From an uncultured Ruminococcus sp. (GTDB lineage Bacteria > Bacillota > Clostridia > Oscillospirales > Ruminococcaceae): DNA of 64,000 nt. Positions 20,745-28,926 of the stretch are shown here, piece after piece. Every line of letters begins with the position of its first letter. Position 1 is the first letter of the stretch. The notes beneath the pieces are model-generated. The model searched no databases. It was not told where the DNA came from and saw nothing but the letters and a program-made list of their open reading frames with translations. The stretch is taken from contig CAYMOJ010000006.1 in the NCBI GenBank assembly GCA_964392175.1, forward strand, positions 2,080-66,079, given 5' to 3'. The position numbers and the translations under genes are program-made.

Positions 20745-21548
20745 TCACAGATAACGGGACATCTCCCACAGAAACAGACCGGCTGCCATAGCAGCATTCA
20801 ACGAATTGGATGCAGGTGACATCGGGATCGTCAATTTCACATCGCAGGCATCGGAAAAATCACGGGGCAGACCGTTGCCCTCATTCCCGATACAGACCAC
20901 CGCGCCCTCGGTGCAATCAAAGTTTTTCAATGATTGCGCATCGCGGTCGACCACAGCTGCACAAAGGGAGAGCTGCTGTGCGTGACATTCTGCAACAAAG
21001 TGATCTAAGTCGTCGACCTTTACATAAGGGATCCGAAACAGCGCACCCATACTGCTGCGTATCGCTTTTGGATTATACACGTCACAGCAGTGATAAAGGT
21101 ACAATCCATCCGTTCCAAGTGCTTCAGCAGTACGCATGATCGCGCCTAGATTGGAGGGATCCTGCACATGATGAAGGAGCATACACCGATGCCCTGTCCG
21201 AGGCACAAGCGTCTGTGCCTGAGACATGATACCAATCGCAAACACACCCTGAGCGGTTTCCGTATCAGAGATCTCTTTCGCGACTGCATCTGCGATCAGC
21301 AGACAATTACAGCTTTTCAGAAAGGGTGCAAGGGCATCTCCATATTGTGCGACAGCACGTTCGGTGAGCATCAGTGCCGAAAGCTTCACACCGCTTTCCA
21401 ATGCATCCAGCACCAAACGAAAGCCTTCCATGGCGAACTGCCCGGACTTCTCACGGCGTGTACGACTGCTGTTGAGCAGCATGAATCGTTGCACGGTGCG
21501 ATGCTTTTCGCCGAGTTGCACGACCGTCATATTCGCAAAATCTGCCAC
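20745..21548 (-). CDS. TrmH/SpoU-family RNA 2'-O-methyltransferase
   Basis: VQDPSNLGAIMRTAEALG and IGNEGNGL SPOUT motifs. Start uncertain: GTG at 21548 lies 6 nt after GGGGGAG; the alternative is the ATG at 21530. Confidence 0.7.
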   Translation of the reverse strand: MADFANMTVVQLGEKHRTVQRFMLLNSSRTRREKSGQFAMEGFRLVLDALESGVKLSALMLTERAVAQYGDALAPFLKSCNCLLIADAVAKEISDTETAQGVFAIGIMSQAQTLVPRTGHRCMLLHHVQDPSNLGAIMRTAEALGTDGLYLYHCCDVYNPKAIRSSMGALFRIPYVKVDDLDHFVAECHAQQLSLCAAVVDRDAQSLKNFDCTEGAVVCIGNEGNGLPRDFSDACDVKLTIPMSPASNSLNAAMAAGLFLWEMSRYL

Positions 21549-21638
21549 GCGCTTCTCCCCCTTTCGCGATGATGTCAAACATTCTTGAGAAAACACAAAC
21601 ACGCTCCGATTTTTGCACAGAGCGTGTATAGCAGACAA

Positions 21639-21664
21639 CGCAGCGGCAAAGTATCACCGCTGCG
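21639..21664 (-). terminator. Possible terminator hairpin after rplT
   Basis: 8-bp GC-rich stem CGCAGCGG (21639-21646) / CCGCTGCG (21657-21664). Only a weak U-rich tail follows. Confidence 0.35.
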
Positions 21665-21676
21665 CTGCAAGATTCA

Positions 21677-22030
21677 TTACAGTGCTGCCTTAGCCTGTGC
21701 GACGATCGCAGTAAAGCCTGCGGGATCGTGAATTGCGATCTCGGAAAGCATCTTGCGATTGAGGGTAATGCCAGCCTTGTTGCAGCCATTCATAAATGTG
21801 GAATAGTTCATGCCGTTGAGCTTGCAAGCAGCAGAGATACGAGTAATCCACAGTCTGCGGAAGAAACGCTTATTCTGCTTTCTGCCGATGTAGGCATAGT
21901 TGCCGGACTTCATGACGGCCTGTTTTGCCATCTTAAAGTGCTTGGACTTGCTGCCCCAGTAGCCCTTTGCGAGCTTCAGAACCTTATTTCTTCTCTTGCG
22001 CGTCATCATTGCGCCTTTAATACGAGCCAT
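21677..22030 (-). CDS. rplT: 50S ribosomal protein L20
   Basis: MARIKGAMMTRKRRNKVLKLAKGYWG start. GGAGGAGAAAG RBS. Confidence 0.95.
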   Translation of the reverse strand: MARIKGAMMTRKRRNKVLKLAKGYWGSKSKHFKMAKQAVMKSGNYAYIGRKQNKRFFRRLWITRISAACKLNGMNYSTFMNGCNKAGITLNRKMLSEIAIHDPAGFTAIVAQAKAAL

Positions 22031-22119
22031 GTTCTTTCTCCTCCGTAATTCAATCAGTATCCGCCGCACCATTCAACAGGATCTGCGGCAAAAATCGCTT
22101 GGAATGGGTGTGCGGCTTC

Positions 22120-22338
22120 TTACTTGTAAGGAACCAGCTCACGAACGGTTGCTGCGTTTGCAGAAGCTGCAACGCCAGCGTTACGAGCAATGCGCTTTAC
22201 CTTGGTATCCTTAGAAACCAGACGATGACGCTTGTAAGCGTGCTGGAACTTCACCTTTCCGGTACCGGTTACCTGAAAACGCTTCTTTGCGCCGGAATGG
22301 GTCTTTACTTTCACTTTCTTAACCTTTGCGGCTGCCAT
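22120..22338 (-). CDS. rpmI: 50S ribosomal protein L35
   Basis: 72 aa, [10 protein letters not shown] motif, lies between infC and rplT. Confidence 0.9.
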   Translation of the reverse strand: MAAAKVKKVKVKTHSGAKKRFQVTGTGKVKFQHAYKRHRLVSKDTKVKRIARNAGVAASANAATVRELVPYK

Positions 22339-22423
22339 GGGATTCTTCCTCCTTGATTTTCGTTGTATATGGTAACGCCTGCATTCACCGTTTTCACGGC
22401 ATAGGGGCGTTGCATATCGGGTA

Positions 22424-22993
22424 TTATTCGGCAGATCCTGCCTTGGGGGCGCGCTGTTTTTTTTCCGACTTTTCAGCCTTCTGGGACTTCGGCGACATAA
22501 ACATCACGATGGCTCTGCCCTCCATCTTCGGGGGCTTATCGACCACAGCAAGATCGCCGCAGGCATCACGGTAACGTTCCAGCAGCTCCTCACCCAAATG
22601 GGGATGCGCAATCGCACGTTTACGGAAGCGGACAGAGACCTTCAGCTTATCGCCGCCCTGCAAAAACTTTTTGCCCTGAGAAACCTTCGTTTCAAAATCG
22701 TGGGTATCAATTGCGGAGAACATACGGATCTCCTTGATCTCAACCACCTTCTGATTCTTTCGCGCTTCTTTTTCACGCTTCTGCTGCTCAAAGCAGTACT
22801 TTCCGTAATCGAGGATACGGCACACGGGGGGTGTAGCCTGTGGAGCAATTTTGACGAGATCCAGACTTTGGTCAAACGCCAACTTCTGGGCATCTCTTGC
22901 GGACATAACGCCACGCTTTTCACCGTTGGCATCGATCACAAGGACTTCCTTGTCACGAATTTCCTCATTGATTTGCAGTTCCTGCTTGCTAAT
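22424..22993 (-). CDS. infC: Translation initiation factor IF-3 (ATT start codon)
   Basis: [24 protein letters not shown]...[12 protein letters not shown] matches the IF-3 N-terminus. There is no in-frame ATG/GTG nearby. ATT at 22993-22991 lies 6 nt after GGAGGTG. The longer track ORF would run through the leader terminator. Confidence 0.88.
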   Translation of the reverse strand: MSKQELQINEEIRDKEVLVIDANGEKRGVMSARDAQKLAFDQSLDLVKIAPQATPPVCRILDYGKYCFEQQKREKEARKNQKVVEIKEIRMFSAIDTHDFETKVSQGKKFLQGGDKLKVSVRFRKRAIAHPHLGEELLERYRDACGDLAVVDKPPKMEGRAIVMFMSPKSQKAEKSEKKQRAPKAGSAE

Positions 22994-23044
22994 AGCGAGC
23001 ACCTCCAGTCGATGGTTCCATGTTTGTGTCGTTCTACGCTGCTC

Positions 23045-23081
23045 AAAAAAAAGAGAGCAAAGACCAAGCGTCCATGCTCTC
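23045..23081 (-). terminator. Leader attenuator upstream of infC (L20-leader-like)
   Basis: On the minus strand: stem GAGAGCA/TGCTCTC (23081-23075 / 23059-23053), then U8 (23052-23045). It lies between the promoter and the infC start. Confidence 0.5.
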
Positions 23082-23202
23082 ATGCTTCTTTCAACATTAT
23101 GCAGCAACGTAATCGGCTGCACAGCTTGTTTCAGAAAACAGATTACCGTTTCGCGCTTTCGCTTACGGTGTGAACACGATGTTCCGCTTGCAATCTTTTC
23201 GT

Positions 23203-23231
23203 ATTATACCGAATTTCCCGTGATTTGTCAA
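23203..23231 (-). promoter_or_regulatory. Consensus sigma-A promoter of infC-rpmI-rplT
   Basis: On the minus strand: TTGACA (23231-23226), 17 nt, TATAAT (23208-23203). Gives a ~200-nt leader. Confidence 0.7.
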
Positions 23232-23274
23232 GCGCTCACCGAAATTTTGGCGTTTTGCACAAAACGTGAAAGTG

Positions 23275-23943
23275 CTATTTTTCCAAACTTGCTAATATTT
23301 TCAAAATCGCAACAGCATCATTGCTATCAACGCCCTGTACATCATCGCAATCCGCATTCAACATACCCTGTGCACTGATTTCGGCTGTATGATCCTCCGA
23401 CAACATACGATTCAGCAAAATCACATCGCCTACCTTAACATAGCCGTCGCAGTTCACATCACCACGCAATGTAGCAACAGGCGCAGTAGTAGCTGTGGTA
23501 ATGCTCGGCTGTGATTTTGCAAGCACTGTATAGCCAATCACGCCGGTTCCCTGCGTATTGTCGCCAAGCTCAATTTGCTCTCCTGCCGCCGCCGATTTTG
23601 CAACCACCGCCATGGTCACATCATTACTAATGGAGAGGGTCACGCCTGTATCCTCCCAATCGCTGAGCCATGCAGGTACACTGCCCAAGCGAGTATCATA
23701 TGCAATATAGAGGGTGATGTCTTCTCCGGCAGTCAAAGTGCCGAGCGTACCTGTTACATTTTTGGAATCGCAGGCGGTCTGAACATACTCTGCACCAAGG
23801 AGCATTTCAGGAACGGCGGTGTAAGTAAAATCGCGGTCGCCGAATACAACACTGCCCACAGCAAGATCCTGTGCGATATTCCAATCAGAGCCATTATCAC
23901 CGTCCGTTACATGAATTTGCGAAATCAACAAGCCATTGATATC
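23275..23943 (-). repeat. Inverted-repeat arm: shared binding-module-like domain plus dockerin coding region (partner 32568-33242)
   Basis: It encodes the same module as the pectinesterase C-terminus. The core 23761-23877 against 32634-32750 shows 6 mismatches in 117 nt by my manual count, in inverted orientation. Confidence 0.8.
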
Positions 23944-25020
23944 CACATCGGTAGAAACTTCCGGCAACAATCCCGCTGCGATAAGATTCTTCGCCCAGGT
24001 GCCATACCATGCATAACCGGCACGCCGTTCCTGACTAAGTTCTGACAGCTGCGAATGAACGGAACTGTCACGGTCTACGAACATCGGCTGGTTGGTATCC
24101 AGATCATAAAATCTTGCCCAGATCGGCCCTGCGCCTTCAACCGCAACTACAATGCGATCATCACCGGTGTTCTGCACCTCAATGCCGTAGATTGCAGAAT
24201 CGGTAAACCATGTCACGGCAGCGTTGATTGCCCGAATGATACGGTTATCGTTGCCTGCTACTTTTTTCAAAAAATCAACGATGCCGACACTCTCGCTGGC
24301 ACTAATAGATGGCAGTTCATAGGCACGAGCCGCAGCCGGTGCAAGGGTAAACTCATCATGCTGCTGACACCATGCGGTTTTGACACCGTTTTGTTCAATC
24401 TGCATATCCAGAATGCACTCCACAGCTTTATCAATTGCGATTGCAGCTTTTGCGGAGCGCACATCATCTATAAAGGAAAAATCACCGGATTTGTTCTCCA
24501 TCTCCCACATGATCTCCATGACATGTACCATTGCACCATCATTAAAGGTGATGTGCGCATGATAGGTACCTGCATCATCGAACACCTGTGGCCAGCCGCC
24601 ATTCTCGTATTGTCCATTCAGCAGCAGATCAATTCCCTTTATACAAGCGTCATAATACTTGCTCTCATTGGTTGCGATATAGGTTCTGGCGAGAATACGG
24701 ATCTGCGAAGTGGTTGCATCGTTATCTATGGTAGATTTTGCCCACGAGCCACTCTGTGTGGTATCATCCATTGCTTTGCGCCATCCGCCATCGGCAAGCT
24801 GATATTGCACAATTGTATCGCAGAGAGAAACCGCTTCACTGCTGCCAAACCAGTCAGCAGATTGTTTCAGGTAGCCCGACCAATCATAGTCAGCGGCATA
24901 TACTACCATGGAATGCTCAGTAGAAAGCATTGAAATGTCTCCCATCCGGCACACAGATGCTGTCAGCATCGTGGCACTGATGAATACAGCCGTGACTGCA
25001 CGCTTTGTGTGATGTTTCAT
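23275..25020 (-). CDS. Secreted pectate lyase (PelA/Pel-15E, PL10-like) with a shared ~130-aa module and C-terminal dockerin
   Basis: Signal peptide MKHHTKRAVTAVFISATMLTASV. LADGGWRK, IDNDATTSQIRILARTY and NGQYENGGWPQVF motifs as I recall them for PL10. C-terminal GDVNCDGYVKVGDVILLNRML...DSNDAVAILKIL dockerin. Confidence 0.72.
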   Translation of the reverse strand: MKHHTKRAVTAVFISATMLTASVCRMGDISMLSTEHSMVVYAADYDWSGYLKQSADWFGSSEAVSLCDTIVQYQLADGGWRKAMDDTTQSGSWAKSTIDNDATTSQIRILARTYIATNESKYYDACIKGIDLLLNGQYENGGWPQVFDDAGTYHAHITFNDGAMVHVMEIMWEMENKSGDFSFIDDVRSAKAAIAIDKAVECILDMQIEQNGVKTAWCQQHDEFTLAPAAARAYELPSISASESVGIVDFLKKVAGNDNRIIRAINAAVTWFTDSAIYGIEVQNTGDDRIVVAVEGAGPIWARFYDLDTNQPMFVDRDSSVHSQLSELSQERRAGYAWYGTWAKNLIAAGLLPEVSTDVDINGLLISQIHVTDGDNGSDWNIAQDLAVGSVVFGDRDFTYTAVPEMLLGAEYVQTACDSKNVTGTLGTLTAGEDITLYIAYDTRLGSVPAWLSDWEDTGVTLSISNDVTMAVVAKSAAAGEQIELGDNTQGTGVIGYTVLAKSQPSITTATTAPVATLRGDVNCDGYVKVGDVILLNRMLSEDHTAEISAQGMLNADCDDVQGVDSNDAVAILKILASLEK

Positions 25021-25226
25021 AAATCCCATCCTTTCAAATCTCTGTCCAGCAATTGCCATTATTAGTATATCAGAGGGATACAGCCCTGTCAATGCAATTT
25101 TGCTCTTTTTTGATGTGCGATTGTATCCAAATATCGTTCAAAAGCAAAAGTCACTGTTGTAAATTGTGATATGCACATTGATGTATCTATACAATTCGCA
25201 CACCTTTTCATTTGCCAAAGCCATAT

Positions 25227-25526
25227 TGCACAAATGTGATTTCTGTTTCTTGTGCATTTCAACGAAATTTAAAAGAATTGTCGTAAAGTCAAAAAAAGCA
25301 TTGACATTAAAGCGAAAATATGATATAAAGTGTATATAGTCATAAAGAGAGTGAGGTGAGTCCAATGGGCTGAATTTCTTATCCCACAGGTGTGGAAAGA
25401 ATGCAGGAATGACATACAATGAACAATATTGGAGGTTTATCATGTTTAAAATCAAGAAGGTTATGGCAGGTATTGTTACAGCGGCTACTGTGGCTCTGGC
25501 ATGGGAAGCTTCAGTGTAAGCGCAGA
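25227..25526 (+). repeat. Direct repeat copy A: promoter + leader + signal-peptide module (partner 28625-28926)
   Basis: Manual alignment: about 9 substitutions and 2 single-base indels over ~300 nt. Starts at TGCACAA and ends at ...AGCGCAGA. Confidence 0.9.
25301..25329 (+). promoter_or_regulatory. Promoter of cassette A
   Basis: TTGACA (25301-25306), 17 nt, TATAAA (25324-25329) with a TG extended -10. An A7 tract lies just upstream of the -35. Confidence 0.6.
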
Positions 25527-25872
25527 CTACAATCGAAGCGAGGCATGGGAAAGCAGGCATGTAAATATCGCAGGTTCTCCAAGCAGTGCAGATTACGACG
25601 CAGTTCGTTCGATTGTGTACTCTACATATGGAGCAATTTGCTACTGCAACGCGGTATCCAACTCTGTCAACGGTGGCACTGGCAAAACAACGATCACCTC
25701 GGTCAATGGTACTATGGCAAGCCAGACTATTATTAATACTGGATCAGTCGTGTGCGAACCAAAAATGGAAGGTGAAATTGAGTGTGCTACATACAAGATG
25801 TCTGCTTCGACAACAACATCTGGTAACATTTTTGTAGCAAGTGGCAATATCGTTACCAAAACTTACAAATAA
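25442..25872 (+). pseudogene. Small secreted 4-Cys protein, cassette A (frameshifted after the signal peptide)
   Basis: ATG 25442 gives MFKIKKVMAGIVTAATVA, then a stop at 25517-25519. Relative to copy B, one G is missing in GCTGCTGG near 25495. The homologous mature part continues in the frame of ORF 25501-25872. Confidence 0.55.
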
Positions 25873-25887
25873 CCTGAGCAATTATAT

Positions 25888-25920
25888 GGCAAAGCTACCG
25901 CTGAACGCGGTGGCTTTGCC
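25888..25920 (+). other. Intercistronic hairpin, cassette A
   Basis: 14-bp stem GGCAAAGCTACCGC / GCGGTGGCTTTGCC (one G-U pair), 5-nt loop, no U-tract. Lies between the small gene and the lipoprotein gene. Confidence 0.6.
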
Positions 25921-25947
25921 AAAATAGAATCATATGGAGGTATGAAA

Positions 25948-27311
25948 ATGAAACGAAAATATCTATTGCTTGTATGTATGCTGTTGCTTTGTGGATGTGC
26001 AGATGGTACCAGTAGTCATGGGGATTCTCAATTAACAAATGTTTCACAGGTCGAAGAAGCATCCAGTACAGCTGACGACAGCTCTGTGCCTTCACAAACA
26101 TACCCTCAACGCGAAGCGATGTCCAATGAGATTGTGTACTACACAAACGATGAAGCCAAAGAAATCATTCAAAACAACACACATTTTGCGGTTGCTGAGA
26201 ATCTTCAAGGTGCCATTCCGAAAAACATTTCTCATTTTAGCAGTTTTACATTGGGATATTATCCAAGGCAGGATAATGCCGGCTTCTACGAAGATTTTCT
26301 CACTATGTTTGATTATTTATTTCCCGATGAGACATTGTATGAAGATTGTCTTTTTTTGCCGGGAAAAATTCCCGTGTCAGCTATGATGAAAATGGCGAAA
26401 TAACCAACACCATTCGGACAGTCGCGGAGGAGTACGACCGCGTCATGCGTGGCGAAGAACACGTACAATATTATTTCTACAGCCCCCATTTTACCGCCGA
26501 ACAATCTTCAGCGGCTGAAAATAATATTTTTATGGAATTCACAAGTCCTGTTTGTAGTGATCTGTCCAATTTCAACAAAGGCGTTCTAGCTGATTATTAT
26601 TACGAATCCCACGGTCAAAAAAATGAAGAATTTCTCGAAACATGGAGTGGCACGTACTTTTATCCCACAGTTTGCACACTGCCACCGGATTCTGAAGAAG
26701 CTTATACACTGCTTGATGGCATCACCATTTCTGTTGCGGATGCAGTCGATTTTTTTGAAAATTATATCAACAATGCACCGATACCGGAAAATCCCACATT
26801 AAGTATCAAGGTGGTTTGGGTTGAGGTGCTGCAATGTGACACTGACAGATACTGCTATTACTTTAAAACCACCAAAGCCCTGGATGGTATCCCCTTTGAC
26901 TGGGATCCAGATACCCCATACCACGGTGGGCTTGATTATAGCTATACACTCAGCTTTGCTTCCATGGCGGTATCGGACGATGTCGACCAAATATATGGTA
27001 TGACAAGAACACAGGTCATCTATGACGAAGTGATGCATACAGAAGGAATCTCCTTTGCAACTGCCATGCAGAAGATGGAAGAGAATCTTTCTTCACTGAT
27101 CGACTTTGAAGTCATAGGCGCAGATTTTGTTTACTCACCCAAAAGATATAAGGGCGAGAGTACTGCTGTTGAAGATGCTTTACACCCTACAACTGCAAGC
27201 TGGAAAGTATCTCTTTATAATCCCAATGACAGTTGGGTTTATGTCTGCTATGTGGATGCGTTGGATGGTGGAAATTTCCACTATTATACATACAGTGTTT
27301 CATCTGATTGA
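25948..27311 (+). pseudogene. Lipoprotein, cassette A (frameshift at a T7 tract)
   Basis: Lipobox LLCGC after MKRKYLLLVCM. The frame breaks at T7 (26351-26357). ORFs 25942-26403 and 26346-27311 both align to the intact paralog 29384-30754 across the break. Confidence 0.6.
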
Positions 27312-27338
27312 AACCTTATTTTACATCTGAACAAAAAA

Positions 27339-27371
27339 ACGGACGCCGTTTTCACGGCGTTCGTTCTTTTT
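27339..27371 (+). terminator. Intrinsic terminator of cassette A
   Basis: 10-bp stem ACGGACGCCG / CGGCGTTCGT followed by TCTTTTT. Confidence 0.75.
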
Positions 27372-27571
27372 GTTGCCTTTTCAGACTTTACGCAGCATCT
27401 TCATCTACTGTTTGATATGCAGTTGCAGCTTGTTCATACAGTGCAAGTGCTTTTACAAGATTTTGTAAGCTATTGTTACAAAAGATGTCAATAGAATTCA
27501 AATTTTTGCACGTTTTCTTCTACGATTCTAACCGTGAAAGAGGCTTCTGCCTAAGACACCTTCAAGACATC

Positions 27572-27600
27572 TTGAAACTTTTTGCAGACTATGGTATGAT
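27572..27600 (+). promoter_or_regulatory. Candidate promoter of the DUF5131 gene
   Basis: TTGAAA (27572-27577), 17 nt, TATGAT (27595-27600). The palindrome TTCAAG-ACAT-CTTGAA (27561-27576) overlaps the -35. Confidence 0.5.
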
Positions 27601-27688
27601 AAGTATAGTATGCTGGTGGATACTACTATAAAGGTATCGATGCAGTAGAATGGAAGCAATCCGTTTGTCTGAATCAAGAGGTGAGATC

Positions 27689-28558
27689 ATGCACGATATA
27701 TGGAATCCGTGGCACGGCTGTAAAAAAATCAGCGAAGGCTGTGATCACTGCTATATGTACTTTCTTGACCGTATGCGCGATAAGGATGGCGCAGAAATTT
27801 ATCGCACGCAAAGCTTTCCATATCCCCTGAAAAAAGACAGAAAAGGCAATTACAAAATCAAAAGCGGTGAAAAGATCCGCGTTTGTATGACTTCTGATTT
27901 CTTTCTGGAAGAGGCAGATCCGTGGCGCGATGAAGCATGGGAGATTATGAAAATCAGAAGTGATGTGATTTTTTACCTGCTTACCAAACGTCCGCAAAGG
28001 GTTTTGAAATGCCTGCCAAAAGATTGGGGCGATGGCTGGGAGAATATCTTTTTCAATGTGACTGCCGAAAATCAGCAGCGTGCCGATGAGCGCATCCCCA
28101 TACTGCTGAATTTGCCTTTTCAGCACAAGGGTATCATGTGTGCACCGTTTATCGGAAAAGTCAGCCTGGATCCATATCTGCAAAGCGGACAGATTGAGCA
28201 AGTGGTCTGTGGTGGCGAAAATTATGACGGCGCAAGGCCCTGTAATTATGACTGGGTAAAGCTCCTTCGTCAAGAATGCGAGCGTTACAATATTTCTTTC
28301 ACATTCATCGAAACAGGAACAAAATTCATCAAGGACAGAAAGCTCTACATTCTTCCGGATAAACGGTTGCAGGCAGAAATGGCATACAAATCCGGTATCA
28401 GTTTTCAAGGAAAACCTGTGAAATATCTGCTGACCGACAATTTGGGAATGGAAATTCCGAAGGAATATCTGCATCAGCCTTATTTTTGTGAACGCTGTAT
28501 GCTGTGTGGCAGCAAACCAATTTGCAATGGCTGCTCACAGTGCGGAAAGTGCAGATAA
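27689..28558 (+). CDS. Phage Gp37/Gp68 family (DUF5131) three-Cys protein with a Cys-rich C-terminal tail
   Basis: WNPWHGCKKISEGCDHCY N-terminus, MTSDFF and LLTKRPQR motifs as I recall them for PF07505. Extra C-terminal FCERCMLCGSKPICNGCSQCGKC. AGAGGTGA RBS. Confidence 0.72.
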   Translation: MHDIWNPWHGCKKISEGCDHCYMYFLDRMRDKDGAEIYRTQSFPYPLKKDRKGNYKIKSGEKIRVCMTSDFFLEEADPWRDEAWEIMKIRSDVIFYLLTKRPQRVLKCLPKDWGDGWENIFFNVTAENQQRADERIPILLNLPFQHKGIMCAPFIGKVSLDPYLQSGQIEQVVCGGENYDGARPCNYDWVKLLRQECERYNISFTFIETGTKFIKDRKLYILPDKRLQAEMAYKSGISFQGKPVKYLLTDNLGMEIPKEYLHQPYFCERCMLCGSKPICNGCSQCGKCR

Positions 28559-28624
28559 AACGTATTGATAATTATAATGTATCTCATTAGAATTGCTGTA
28601 TTTCCATGACTAGATAAGTGAAAC

Positions 28625-28926
28625 TGCACAAATGTGATTTCTGTTTCTTGTGCATTTCAACGAAATTTAAAAAGAATTGTCGTAAAGTCAAAAAAATCAT
28701 TGACATTAAAGCAAAAATGTGATATAAAATGTATATAGTCATAAAGGGAATGAGGTGAGTCCAATGGGCTGAATTTCTTATCCCACAGGTGTAGAAAGAA
28801 TGCAGGAATGACATACAATGAACAATATTGGAGGTTTATCATGTTTAAAATCAAGAAGGTTATGGCAGGTATTGTTGCAGCGGCTACTGTGGCTGCTGGC
28901 ATGGGAAGTTTCAGTGTAAGCGCAGA
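28625..28926 (+). repeat. Direct repeat copy B: promoter + leader + signal-peptide module (partner 25227-25526)
   Basis: See copy A. Offset about 3.4 kb. Confidence 0.9.
28700..28728 (+). promoter_or_regulatory. Promoter of cassette B
   Basis: TTGACA (28700-28705), 17 nt, TATAAA (28723-28728) with a TG extended -10. Confidence 0.6.

Noticed and set aside
25138-25560. 140-aa minus-strand ORF spanning repeat copy A (and its twin at 28657-28902)
   Set aside because: It runs antisense through the promoter, leader and signal-peptide module. Its apparent conservation is explained by the DNA repeat itself. It has no RBS.
25501-25872. Calling ORF 25501-25872 an ordinary intact CDS
   Set aside because: Its first residues (MGSFSVSA) are the tail of the signal peptide seen intact in the paralog. 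No SD precedes the ATG at 25501. I therefore annotated the locus as a frameshifted copy.
26350-26358. Programmed -1 ribosomal frameshifting at U UUU UUG as the primary explanation for the split lipoprotein gene
   Set aside because: I could not identify a downstream stimulatory structure or an internal SD-like element. The partner small gene in the same cassette is also frameshifted at a non-slippery site, so gene decay or phase variation is the more economical explanation. I kept frameshifting only as an alternative inside the finding.
27373-27500. Minus-strand reading frame ending …LQNLVKALALYEQAATAYQTVDEDAA*, which looks like a protein C-terminus
   Set aside because: The frame is closed by a TAG about 45 codons upstream and has no start codon. 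At most it is a gene remnant, and I cannot support it as a feature.
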